A stretch of 64,000 nucleotides of DNA from Octopus sinensis (taxonomy: Eukaryota): assembly GCF_006345805.1 (NCBI RefSeq), contig NC_043012.1, forward strand, positions 28,396,001 to 28,460,000, given 5' to 3'. A program made the position numbers and the translations under genes. Numbering within the stretch: the first letter of the stretch is position 1; the number at the start of each line of letters is the position of its first letter. Below are positions 1 through 12,129 of this stretch, one piece after another. The notes under the pieces were generated by a model. It saw nothing but the letters and a program-made list of their open reading frames with translations. It did not search any database and was not told where the DNA came from.

Positions 1-45
1 CCATTAAGCATTTAGCCAGGCCTGCCAACGATTCGGCCAGCTCGC

Positions 46-47
<2 letters not shown>
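1..47 (-). mobile_element. tRNA-derived SINE (family B) head fragment
   Basis: Reverse strand reads GCGAGCTGGCCGAATCGTTGGCAGGCCTGGCTAAATGCTTAATGG (A-box-like). The same head occurs in the copy at 57270-57435. Confidence 0.55.
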
Positions 48-92
<45 letters not shown>

Positions 93-130
93 ATAATAAT
101 AATATAATAATAATAATAATAATAATAACA
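48..130. repeat. (ATT)n/(TAA)n microsatellite
   Basis: Direct reading. The ATT run flips to a TAA run at about 90. Confidence 0.95.
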
Positions 131-317
131 AAAACACCAGGACTTACAAACACATATAACATACAGAAAATAGCACTACTAGGCACTGCACACATCCTAC
201 GCAGAACACTTTCCATACAATAACCATCAGAGCATCACAACAAATCACAGCACATACCCAAGGCACACAGAGCTGCGCTCGGTAGTGAAGTGAAAGCACG
301 CTATAAAAATAAAACTA

Positions 318-370
<53 letters not shown>
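131..370 (+). mobile_element. 5'-truncated R4/Dong-like RLE LINE 3' end with (TAA)n tail
   Basis: 131-223 translates KTPGLTNTYNIQKIALLGTAHILRRTLSIQ*, the typical C-terminus of RLE-clade ORFs. A 3' UTR follows, then (TAA)n at 321-370. There is also (TAA)n immediately 5'. Confidence 0.8.
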
Positions 371-373
<3 letters not shown>

Positions 374-900
374 TTGATTTCTTTTATTTGCAACCTTAGC
401 GAAGGATGAGGGGAACAATACAAAGACAGACATAAAGTGCGGGGGTTTACATATGATGGGGAAAAAATAAACACGGGATACATTAAAAGAAGGGAAGTGT
501 ACATAGTATACGGCACTAGAAGAAGAAAAAGAAAGAAAAAAGTGATAGTGACAGGGTCCTCCGGAACAAACTTGTCAGTTTGTCTTCGTTGACGCCTAGG
601 GTCTCCCCGAGGACGTCGACGCACTTCCCGGCTATTAATTCTGTGTGTATAGTAAAAGTGAAACATTCACCGATCCTATTGCCTAACTTGCAGAAGACAG
701 TGAGAGCCTGACGACAATGTTCGTCACCGAGCGTCAGGTTTTAGCCGACACCTAGTGCACCTAGCGATAGAAGGTCGTCTTTCTGGCAGTTGCTGTGAAG
801 ATCTTAGCCGGGATGGTAACTTGTGCTTACTCTCATACACCTTCACAAGTTGTTTCACTTCTGTAACTCCTGTCTCTATCACTTAATGAGAGCTTAAAGA
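371..900 (-). mobile_element. L1/Tx1 LINE 3' fragment (ORF2 piece fused to 3' UTR)
   Basis: 565-860 is homologous to 18780-19050 (GACGCCTAGGGTCTCCCCGAG shared). 405-460 matches the 3' UTR at 17930-17995. The minus strand ends AATAAAAGAAATCAATCA followed by (TTA)n. Confidence 0.7.
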
Positions 901-1045
901 AATGCATTGATTTACAGCCATCGTAACACAAGATTATCTGGCCATGAGGTTAACTCCATAACTTTCTCTGTATTCTTCGTTATTCGTGTTCTTATTATTG
1001 TTATTGTTGCTCTTGCTGCTGCTGTTGCCATTGTTATTTTTGCTG

Positions 1046-1400
1046 TTGTTGTTGAGCGAAGCGGTCTTCGTCTCACAGCTCGCAAGATGGGAGAAGTCCG
1101 AAACGCGGTCCTATGCTATTCGTAAGACCCGCAGAAGAGAAAGCAGGTCAACCCCCGACATGGATGAATGTGCATTTAGGTTCAGCGGTTGCGTAGGATG
1201 TCGGGGATAAGAAACAGGAAGAAATAGTGAGAGAAAGTTGGAGCGAAAGAGTACAACAGGGGTCGCCACCAACTCTGCCGGATCCTCGTGGAGCTTTAGG
1301 TGTTTTTGCTCAATAAACACACACAACGCCCGGTCTGAGAATCGAAACCGCGATCCTCCGACCGCGAGTCCGCTGCCCTAACCATTGGGCCATTGCGCCT
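1046..1400 (-). mobile_element. tRNA-derived SINE (family D)
   Basis: Minus strand has A box TGGCCCAATGG (1383-1393) and B box GGTTTCGATTC (1339-1349), a unique body, and an (AAC)n-like tail at about 1046-1055. Confidence 0.75.
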
Positions 1401-2028
1401 CCACTTGCTATTGCTGCTACTGATTCTGCTACTGATTCTGCTGCTGTTATTATTTTTACTGCTACCTTCATTTGCTGGTATGCGAGCTGGACTTTGAGCT
1501 AAAATCATAATAGTTTTCCCCATCTCTTCGCAAGCATTGCTGTTGTTTATATTGTTTTCGTTAAATGTTGTTATTACTGCTGCTGCTGCCGTCGAGCCTC
1601 CACTCTCTAATGAAGATGGTTGCGGTGTGAGGGCTTCTTGCTTCCTACTCATTCAGACAGTTTGTTAACGCCAAATCAATTAACTTTCCTTACGCTTTGA
1701 GAAATCGCGAGCATTTCGTCTCTCCATAAATAGTGGTAAAAGAATCAAACAAATTACTTGTACTTAATCAAAAGAAGTCAATATATTTGACGATTAACAT
1801 CAGTAGAACCCGTTGAAACAATTTCTTATATTGGCGTAAGGGCTAAAATTTTTAGTGAAAAGCGAACCGTTTTATGGACCTCACTAACTTGAGTGGAACA
1901 GATGAAAGGATTTGGACTGAGTGTAAAAATCCTAAACAAATACAGCAAAGCATTTTCTCCATTGTTCTAACAATTTTGTCAATCTACAATATCAAGTTTG
2001 CCGTCCTCTCACCCTACAAAACAACGGC

Positions 2029-2059
<31 letters not shown>

Positions 2060-3399
2060 CTACTACTACTACTACTACTAAGATTATTGGAAGAGTAAAG
2101 GGAAAGCGTTGATTCTACTATTCCCCCCACCAAAAAAAAAGTACAGGAATCGATATCCTACAACCTTCTTGCCTCACCAGTCACCCTCTGCCATTCAGGT
2201 GACTCAATATTTTCACCAAAATCACACAAGTATATTATTGTTTCATATATCGTCGAAACCTTGTTTATTACTTTTTTTATAGTTATTTCTTCCTCCTATT
2301 TTCACCAAGTCGATGAATCACCAATGGGATGCTAGCTATTGCTCATCTCCTCTCAGTACCTCCTTATGTTTTTACTGACAAATTAATTTTAACGCCTGTA
2401 TTTGTCCTTGATTTATTGCCATTGATTTCACCATGGATATTTTTGTTCTGCTTATGTGATTGTCGTTAGACTTTACTGGGGCAGCATCTGGTTTTGTGTA
2501 AATGCAAACAATGTAGTTAGATGTCGATAACACACAAACAGATATGGTGTTTGTATATTTTTAGATATACTTTATTGATTGGTAATTTGATAACTGTATT
2601 TCTTTTTGAAGCTTTCTGGCTGCCTGTTTCTCATTGACGAATACATAAGCAAATTCAGGAAAGTAGACCACAAATAATTGCTTGAAGCCAAAAAGATTAA
2701 TATCTCCACTGCCACCTTTACCAACATTAGCAACAAAACTCCACCTAAATACGACCATCACCACAACTACGAGCTGACTATGAAGCCTTCACGTGGTCAC
2801 TCGACCTGCTTAGAAATAGCTGCCAAATCTCCTTCAAACCATACTCTACTATCTTTAAAAAGATAGTCATCCTAGTTGGATCTTTTCGATTTGGCTGCCA
2901 AATCTCTTCAATTTTTATTCGAATTGCTTTTATATTCGATGTAATGATGTTGTTTTATTTGCTAATCAATGCCATGAAATTAATTTTCGCCATAAACCAA
3001 TAAATAAAGAGTTATTAGCTTTTAAAGTTTGCAAACGTTGGATAATTTTAGCTAATCACAAGCCACAAATACATTCATGCCTGTTTCCAAGTCAAACGAG
3101 AACTCTTTTGTCTGTGAGATAGCACGCGTTGACAAATATATTCTACGCGAAAGCATGTGCGTCGACGCTGTGTTCTGTTGCTTGTGGCCATCTGCTGCTT
3201 GTACCCTGGTTGAGAGATGTGTAAGAAATAACAAGCCAAATAGGCCTTAAATCACGCACCCACCATTCTTTTTCGCATACACGGGACTACAAAATAAGTT
3301 TCTTTTTTTTTTTTTTTTGTGTAACATTCTCAATAAACGATTAAAGGCAAAGTTTGGATAGTGAACCACCTACGGTAGGCTCTCGAAAATGACCTGCAG

Positions 3400-4030
3400 C
3401 TGTCAACAGACTTAAATAGTGTATGATTGTTTAATTTCCCGACAAAATGAATGCACATATTCTCGCTAAGTAGAAAGTGTATGCTCAGGAAAGTGCCTCT
3501 ATGAGCTGAAAGATAAAATAGAACTCTTCTTTGGTTGATATCATAGACCACATAAATGATTTAAGTTTGAAATTACAAGGGTTCATTTAGCTATCTTTTC
3601 CCCGATATCAGGAGCTTTATTCAATACTACAATTGTTCGCATGTCAACTGTAAAACAAAACAAACTACATGCAAATTTTGCAACACTGATGAGCACTTCA
3701 ATTTTAGTGGTTTGTTTCAGAAGTTTAAAGATTTACAAATTCATGAGGTACAAATATAAGAAACTTATTGCGATTTGATGCTAGATGAGCATTTTAATGT
3801 TGGAACTAGCCTTCTGATCTAGATAAAAAGTAAATTGTTTCATTAAATTTAACACATTGTGGTATTTTCTGTTTCGGCACTTAAAACAGTATAACTATCA
3901 GGTTGATAAATGTATTGTGACATTTTGATGCATGTTGTTTAATGTGGTCGTACTTGAACTTGTACATTTTCAAAATATGCAATTTATCAAGATTTTATAT
4001 GCTTTCAATTCGTCCTTGTTAAGGTTAAGT
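3400..4030 (+). mobile_element. Degenerate hAT (Charlie/SPIN-like) transposase remnant
   Basis: Frameshifted motifs LSRK..LYELKDKIELF (cf. WLSRG..F.EL..EI..F), DHINDLSLKLQG, and GRT*TCTFSKMQFIK (cf. hAT dimerisation motif FGSTY.CE..FS.M..IK). Confidence 0.55.
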
Positions 4031-4379
4031 CAATATAGTAGCTTAAACTACTAGAAATAACAGTTAAATTACTATCAAATTACATCCGATGCTTAGAAAG
4101 GATGCCCCTTGAATGCAGAAAGACAGAGTGACCCCCGATGGGTCATCTTTTGTCATAAGTTTCCTTCTTTAGAATTGACAGCAGGCTAAGCAATAACAGC
4201 TACGACAATAACTATATTTCAATATTCGACTCTTCAGAGTAACTTGAGTGGTATTTCATTGATTATTTTCGCAGCTTACCTGATTTCATAGAGGCTCCCT
4301 CTTTGGTATCAATAAAGTTCTGGAATTGATTGAATCAACAGTGCCCATTCACTTTTTATTCGGAGATAAGGAAGGAAAT

Positions 4380-5150
4380 CTTGAAAATGAGAATGATCAG
4401 CCGAATGCAACAAGTGAAGTGGCTACGGATTAGAGATAATTTGTGCAGTGAGCCCGTTATATTACAACGAAATGCCAGAAACTTTAGAGCTACCAAATGA
4501 AGAAAAGCTGAAGATAATGTTGGAGGGAAGACCCCCAAAATGTTACAAATATGGTGAAAGAGGGCACTTGAGAAAGAAATGCCCTAGAGTAGCAGTGGAA
4601 ATTGTAGAGAAATTGTAGTGGAAATTGTATTCTGGAGTATTCTGGAGAATATAATTGTGGAGAAACAGCAATAACAGACGGGAATTTTGTGAGGTGAAAG
4701 CAAGAAAAAGGGAGAGGAGGAAGTCACCATTGATAGTGGAACTGAAGAAGTACAAAGCAATGGAAGAGGTAACCCGACCTATGACGAGAAACGGAGAAGA
4801 TTTACCAGTAGGATCACCAGTAAAGGACTTGCAAGTACAGAAACATTCAGACCCACAGACACTTAAACACATAGACATGCAAAAGCACAGAAGTATAGAC
4901 GAACAGAAAAAAGATAACTCAGAGTTACGGAACCCTAAAGACATAGACACACAGGCGAAACACGCAGAATTACAGTCAAACGAACACACAGACACACAAA
5001 TACACAAACACACAGACACACAGATACAATCACAGGAAAGCCAAGAATTACAGAAACAAAAAAACAGAAACATGCAAGATATAAACAGAAGTAAGGTTTA
5101 AAGTGAAATATAGGACACCCAAAAGTTAAAAGAATTCCAAAATTGAAAGA
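4380..5150 (+). mobile_element. L1/Tx1-type ORF1 (gag-like) remnant
   Basis: 4487-4600 reads ELPNEEKLKIMLEGRPPKCYKYGERGHLRKKCP, a degenerate CCHC knuckle. The low-complexity ORF 4655-5101 follows. Confidence 0.6.
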
Positions 5151-5689
5151 CATTATGAAAGAGTGAATCCACTGGGGCCGGAGGTGGATGTTGAACCTCG
5201 CGCCTCGGTGGTGGATTATGTGGACGAATAGGAGAAGATGAAGTGGGAAGTCGTGATTTATTTTAAAGACTGTGAAATATTTCTTTATTACCCACAAGGG
5301 GATAAGCATAGATGGGACAATGAACACATGAAAGAATGGAATAGTGAAATTATACAATGAAGATGGAACGCCCAATCCAGCCCCGCTCCGGGGTGGTTAC
5401 GTTATTTCAATTATTTCAACAGTTCTTTTCAAAATTATCTCAACAGGTCTTTTCAAAATAAAACTCTACTTACCATTTTATATAGTTCTTAATTTCCTCA
5501 TAGTTCACCACTGGAGCGCTGGATTCGAAATTCACCTCGGGCCCCAGTGGGTTTATATCTGATGGGAAAGCCTCTTTTAACTTTCTGTACTTATCTTTTT
5601 CCATCAAAATCCATCTCGTCTTCTTATCGTAATCCTCCGAGAGGTCCACTTTAACAATGTCTTTTATTTTAGTTATTTTCCTTTTTATT

Positions 5690-6311
5690 TTTTGTGTCGA
5701 CCGATGTTATCAAATATATTCTGTTCCTGTGTACCTCTTGCGTCTCTATGTCTGTGTGTTTATTTGTCTGCGGGTCTGTATGTTTGTGTGACTGTAAGTC
5801 TGCATGTTGTGTCTGTGCTTTCAGGTTCTGCGCTTTTAGGTTTCTGCAACTATATGTTATCTTCTACGCTTCCGTGTGTATGTATGTCTGTGAATCTGTC
5901 TGCTTGTGCGATTGTGAGTCTGTATGTTTTTTTGGTGATGTTCTGCTTTTATCCTCTTTCCTCGGTAACCCCACTTGGTCCTAGATTTATATTTCGTTCC
6001 TTGTTCAACTTTCGGCGATGAGCCCCTCCTTTCTCAAAATCGGCTCTCTGTTCTTCTTCCTGTGTCTGTTTCCTCTCCTCTATCACACCTTCTTGCGCTT
6101 CCATTTCTATATTTTCCATTATTTCTGGGTACCTTCTTCTAATGTGATCTCTTTTGCCACATTCATAGCACTTTGGAGGTCTCACCACTGGAGTGCTGGG
6201 TTCGAAATTCACATCGGGCACCAGTGGGTTTATATCTGAAGAGCAAGATAGGGCTGTCGAGAAGTGTGTTTGAGGGAAGATGGAAAGCTGTGCTAAGAAA
6301 GGTGGGTGCAA
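5690..6311 (-). mobile_element. L1/Tx1-type ORF1 remnant, paralogous and inverted relative to 4380-5150
   Basis: ORF 5949-6311 contains RPPKCYECGKRDHIRRRYP (CCHC with the last C lost). 5690-5990 is a diverged reverse complement of 4770-5100. Confidence 0.6.
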
Positions 6312-6545
6312 GGGATCCGGCTTAAACGGCTTTGGAAAAAAAGGAAGAAATAAAAGTAAGGAGTAGCCACTGGTCCTTTGAGGCAGCAGGGCATATCCCT
6401 TACTGATATAGAAAAAGATTATATCATCATCAATATTTTTAAATAATAGGTATCATTCAAACACATCACAACATTTTTTGTATGCATTGTCCTGTGCTGC
6501 CCCTTCTGTGTATTGATCATTATGGTCTAAAAAATTTATGCTACT

Positions 6546-6586
6546 CCAGACTGATGATGAGTAATGATTCTGAAACTAGTCTCTGG
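6546..6586 (+). ncRNA. Minimal type-I hammerhead ribozyme motif
   Basis: CCAGA-CTGATGA-TGAGTAATGATTCT-GAAAC-TA-GTC^TCTGG. It has a 5-bp stem I, an intact core, a short stem II with a U.U closing mismatch, and a palindromic ACTAGT stem III. Confidence 0.7.
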
Positions 6587-6773
6587 TGCTGGCTTTGCTG
6601 AGTAGAGGCGCTTATCTCCCCCTTTGAAAACATAAGGACATAGAAAATGTGTCATGGTCAGCTGGAAACGCTGTTTCCTGGGGCTAAATACCAGTAGCAT
6701 TCTTCCCTTTCATGGGACTGTCACATTAAATTGCCAACATGCCATCATTTGATTCGGCACTAGTCTTTATTCA

Positions 6774-6878
6774 GTACGACGATCGTTTTGACTCATCTTG
6801 CAACTGCACATCATGGATAGGATTTTGTGCCTCTAATAGTGTTGCATCAAACTGTGCAGTTTGTGTCTCATCAGGTAC
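6774..6878 (-). ncRNA. Type-I hammerhead motif with a G12A core change
   Basis: Minus strand: GTAC-CTGATGA-GAC..(ACTGCACA/TGTGCAGT hairpin)..GTC-AAAAC-GATC-GTC^GTAC. All stems are present and GAAAC is mutated to AAAAC. Confidence 0.6.
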
Positions 6879-6938
6879 ATGCATAAAAAAGGTGAATGCC
6901 CCGATAGATACACTGAGATGTCCTAGGTATGTTGTTCG

Positions 6939-6984
6939 AGCCTGTTGTATCTTGATTATATATATAATCAAGATACAACAGGCT
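6939..6984. repeat. Perfect 46-bp palindrome centred on TATA
   Basis: AGCCTGTTGTATCTTGATTATA-TA-TATAATCAAGATACAACAGGCT. Confidence 0.9.
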
Positions 6985-6997
6985 ATACATATATATA

Positions 6998-7114
<117 letters not shown>

Positions 7115-7277
7115 GTTATCGCCATACTAATATGGCATTCTTATAAAAATAAGAAAAAAGCTGTCCGCTTATTAGCTCCATGAGGCCATCGCCTTAAGTT
7201 AGCTATTTGATACACAAACTGTATCCATATAACCTTCGAACAAGGGAGGTCAGTCGCTCCACACTACTTGACCGGCA

Positions 7278-7319
7278 GCTACAGACGCGTTTCGGGGTAT
7301 TGCCCCTTTTCAATGCAGC
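7278..7319 (-). ncRNA. Minimal type-I hammerhead with U3/A8 core (copy 1)
   Basis: GCTGCA-TTGAAAA-GGGG CAATA CCCC-GAAAC-GC-GTC^TGTAGC. Confidence 0.7.
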
Positions 7320-7636
7320 GTAGCCAGCAGTAGGTGTCGCTTCCGACAATCTCTGTTCGATGGTTTTATTTACCTAGTTTCGGTGGAATACATCCACTTG
7401 TTTTCAATAATAGAAATATTAAAATAACTAAGTCTCTCTAAAAGAGAACAGCGGCAGCGTTCTCGGAAAATAATAGTTATCGCCATACTATATGGCATTC
7501 TTATAAAAATAAGAAAAAAGCTGTCCGCTTATTAGCTCCATGAGGCCATCGCCTAAGTTAGCTATTTGATACACAAACTGTATCCATATAACCTTCGAAC
7601 AAGGGAGGTCAGTCGCTCCACACTACTTGACCGGCA

Positions 7637-7677
7637 GCTACAGACGCGTTTCGGGGTATTGCCCCTTTTCAATGCAG
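7637..7677 (-). ncRNA. Minimal type-I hammerhead with U3/A8 core (copy 2)
   Basis: Same motif in the second tandem unit. It lies in the loop of the fold-back. Confidence 0.65.
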
Positions 7678-7854
7678 GTTATATGGATACAGTTTGTGTA
7701 TCAAATAGCTAACTTAAGGCGATGGCCTCATGGAGCTAATAAGCGGACAGCTTTTTTCTTATTTTTATAAGAATGCCATATTAGTATGGCGATAACTATT
7801 ATTTTCCGAGAACGCTGCCGCTGTTCTCTTTAGAGAGACTTAGTTATTTTAATA

Positions 7855-7902
<48 letters not shown>

Positions 7903-8516
7903 GACTCTATTATTCTTTCTATTCTTTCATTCTTTCCTTCTTTCTGTCAGCCCCTTCACATTTACTTCGTTCATTTCACTCTGTCCCTTTCGTTTTTTTC
8001 GCCCTTCCTTAATTCTTCTATCCTTCTGCCTCTACCTCTCTTTCTTCTCTCCTCACGTGACTGGTGTTCAGCCAAGCCTGAGCTTTCTTTCTTGGTCCGA
8101 CTAACATCCATGCAACATCTATATTCCTCCCTGTGCCTGTCAAGTCTTATGTCTCTGCCATACGCCTTTACTTCCACACACGCCAGCTTAATTTAATTCG
8201 TCCTTAGTCGAAAGGCATCTGTTGTTAATGTCCTGTTATTTGTATTTGCGTACGATTTGTCCGTTTTTCTGTCCTTGTTTTCGTATACATTCGCTGCTTT
8301 CTTCCAAGGAATCTAATGCTCTTAGTTTAGTTTTTCATTGGGGCTGGCCAGATTGGAGCAATCTCGAGTATAACCAGCCAAAATTGTAAAGATAATCTGG
8401 AACTCGACTGAGGAAACAAAACTCCGAATGACCCGTCCTTGTTTTCTTTGTATCGTCCGTTTGGATGTTTTGTTGTCCCTTTTTTGTATCACTTGTCTGG
8501 ATGTTTTGCGTTCTTG

Positions 8517-8990
8517 TCCCATTTTTGTTCGCAAGAGCAACTGCCTTCCGAAGCCTAATGTTGTCATGAATTACTCGAAATGAGGAGTAGATGGACGGCC
8601 GAAAACTAATGAAGGGTCGTTCTTTATATTACTTGCCTTGTTTTCCATTTGTTTCGCATACCCAAGTTTGTTTTCGTATTTCATGTTGTTTACGTTTTGT
8701 GACTTCCTGTACCCCCACCCCCTCCCATATATATATGTGTGTGTGTGTGTGGGTGTATGGGTGGGTGTGGGTGTGGGTACAGGACGTCACAAAACGTAAA
8801 CAACATGAAATCCGAAAACAAACTTGGGTATGCGAACAACGAGAGAAACAAATGTAAAACAAGACAAGTAATATAAAGAACGACCCTTCATTAGCTGTCG
8901 GCCGTCCATCTACTCCTCATTTCGAGCAATTAACGACAATATTAGGCTTCGGAAGGCAGTTGCTCTTGCGAATCAAAATAAAATTTGGGA
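8517..8990. repeat. Diverged inverted repeat (about 200-bp arms)
   Basis: 8517-8714 versus 8775-8990 are reverse-complementary with several substitutions and indels. The spacer is TA/GT/G-rich. Confidence 0.85.
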
Positions 8991-10565
8991 TTTGTGGAGG
9001 GTCAAAGTTGGTAACAAAACAGGACAGTGGAGACATACAACAAACCAAATGAAAACAAACATGGAGGGCCGTTAGGCCAGACGAAGTAAGGTAGTGAACG
9101 CTGGAGGGATATTGTCTTTGACAAAAGAAAAGATAGAAGAGGAGACAGATAAGAATGCGTCTGGTCTGTAAGACAGACTGAAAGAAAAGAAAGATTATCC
9201 CGTGAGGAAAAGAAAGATGGACGGTGGTCATGTGTGAGCAACGAGAGAGAGAGAGAGAGTAAAGGAGGAAGAGGGAGTGATAGAGAGAGGGATAGAAAAC
9301 GGTGAAGGGGAGAAAAAAGAATTTGAGAAAGGATGAGAGAGAAAAAAACGGAAGGGGAAGAAGTGGAGAAAAAGAATTAGAGAAAGAGTAGAGTCGCATC
9401 AAAATTATTAAGATAAACGTACTTGGAAATGGATACGTGACGATATCAATTTTATCCTTTTTTTCCTTTCTAGTCAACACCGTGCATTCATTACTCTTTC
9501 CCTTCCTTCTACAGTATTAACTAACAACCAGCGAGCGAACTTGTCACTGTCACTACAATTATCGTATTTTCTGGTGTATAAGCCACAATTTGTTTTGTTT
9601 TACCTTCATGTTTTGATAATGTTATATTTTTTTTATCTAATAAAGACTTTTATATTGACGAAATGTGTTTCTTGTTGATTATAGTAAGATAAAGTCATGA
9701 TAATAACAATACATCTCGTAGTTGCAGAATAAGGCATTTTGAAACAACATACACGTCAACAACAAAAAAGCTAGCTGCGGACTTGTTGCTCTATGGTACT
9801 GATTCTTCGAACAGATTGGTGGCGTTTAGTAGAGATGAACCGGAAGTTGTTCCTCTTCGATTACTATCGCAAACAGCAGTAGCGGTCTCCAACCGAATAC
9901 ACGTCGTTGATTGGTTGAAATTACCCAAATACGACAATTTTAACACGAAATAACTTCTAAAATACGAAATTTTGTCAAAAACATCCATAGTAAACCGAGT
10001 TCTACGTCAAGAATTCTACCAGTATTCAAAGTTTCAAATTGTTTAGTTAAATAAAAACTAATTAAAAATCTGTGATTGAGATGGAATAGATACAAATCTT
10101 TTATATGTGGAGTAACAGATAAATCAGCAAATTTGACGACATTTCACGAAACTCTTTTGGCAAAACTGCCTGAGTAATATACCGAGTTTGGTAAAAAATA
10201 TTCAACATAATCAGTAATTTTCGGACTAAGGTACTACGTTAGGTAAATAATGCATAAGTTGCTAGCAGGCGATTGAATCTCTCTCTTTCCTTCCTTCCCA
10301 TCTCTCTCACACACGCACACAGGTGTTTTTAAAACATCTAAGAGCAACAAAAAATCAGCTGGACTTTGGATCACTAGAGAATAGAGTTAAATATTTATTT
10401 TGAAAAGATGACAGGGATTTAGAAGTTGTTCCAGCTAGCTTGACGAAACTTCGAAGTCACAATCATTATTTTAAAATAAATGTATTTTTAGCATACGTAT
10501 ACACACATACACGCACATGCACGCACAACGTGTTTATTTTACTCTCGACTGTAATATGTAACAAA

Positions 10566-10640
<75 letters not shown>

Positions 10641-11838
10641 TGTGTGTGTGTGTATGTTTTAGTGTAAGTATGTTGAAAAACGAGTTATTCAAGGAAGATC
10701 AAACAAATGTAGAAAAGATAAAGAAGAAATAAAGTGGTAGAACAAGTTTTAAATAGTAGTTTTAGTTACATAATATCATTGAGTGTAGAACAAACACGTT
10801 GGTTTGTGTGTGTGCATGCGCGCGCGTATGTGTGTGTGTGTGTATATATATATATATTATGTATGATTATAATATATGTATGTATGTATGTCGGTATATA
10901 TATACACACACACAAACACGCACATATATATACTAATGCATATATTCATAGATACACATGCACACATTCTCACACATCCACATATACATACATACGCTCA
11001 TAGACACACTCACACACATACACATGCCATGAACTCGTTGTACCAATGAAAAACAGCTTGGTGATATTTGAATTTCAAATTCTTTGCTTTCATCCTCGTG
11101 TAGGAAACAAAACAAGTAGCGGTTAAACATATGATAAAACGTGAGGTGAGCAGCAGCTGTACCGAAAACAACAACAACAACAACAACCGTCACAATGACG
11201 ACGACAATAGCAAGAGCAACGAAAACGAACCGACGGGGCTGCCACTACGCTGTCATATCATCCTCAAATCGCACCCAACGTCTTTTAAGACGAAGGCACA
11301 TTAAGTAATGTAGTTCTATATAACCCAAATAATACAGAATGATTACAAATGGAGCATTTCTGACGATGGATCTGCGCAATCAATTCTAAGAAACACGATC
11401 CAACGACGGAAAGAACCACAATGTAGTCGATCAAACTGCAAGAACTAGCTGGCAACACTTCCTTAAATCACACCCTACCATTTTAAAACAGAATAAACAT
11501 GTTGAATGATGCCCTAGACGTACTATGTCTAAACAAAGATGGTTTGCCACGGCCAAAACGCCCTTGATCAGGAATCTGCTCGTCCAGGACTGAATTGAAG
11601 CTAAACACAAATAAATCAGAAAGGAAAATCAAAATTATCTTGAGTAGAGAAAAACAAATATATTTGAGATTATGGAGAGTGAGGTCAAATGGTTGAGATT
11701 ATAGGAAGAGAGAGGCTAGTGCGGCTTATGCTTTTCTTAATAATATTTAAAGTCGAAGATAAATTTTGAAATCATTTTCCTTAGATTTAGAATCTTACCT
11801 TACTTAAATCATTCAGTTTCACCTTCACGCTACATTCT

Positions 11839-11892
11839 CTACATGGCCTTGCTTTTTGCTTTTTGAGCCAAAAAATTAACTTAACTTAACTT
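11839..11892 (+). mobile_element. Short 3' tail of the CR1-clade LINE family
   Basis: CTACATGGCCTTGCTTTT..GAGCCAAA..(AACTT)n matches the reverse complement of 47071-47125. Confidence 0.75.
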
Positions 11893-12129
11893 CTCAATAT
11901 AAATCACACTAAACTCAGATCGATCAGACAACTTTCCGACGAAACCAGGAAAAAAAAGTATTGATGTTGATGCATTCAACCATGTCAGTGCTGGTAAATC
12001 TATGACAAGCGAATCAGCACAAACATACCGCAGATTTTTAGGTAACATGCGATTGACTTTAAAAAAAACAACATTCTTCCTGCAATATCATACTATACAA
12101 ACTTATCTACAAGTTTTATAAGCATAACC

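Noticed and set aside
1330-1400. Genuine tRNA genes (also at 20759 and 57693)
   Set aside because: The A and B boxes run into SINE bodies repeated elsewhere, and there is no complete cloverleaf.
2561-2764. Possible host exon (hydrophobic 67-aa ORF)
   Set aside because: There is no recognisable domain or convincing splice context.
8525-8600. Hammerhead in the 8517-8990 inverted repeat
   Set aside because: A hairpin precedes GAAA but CUGANGA and stem III are absent.
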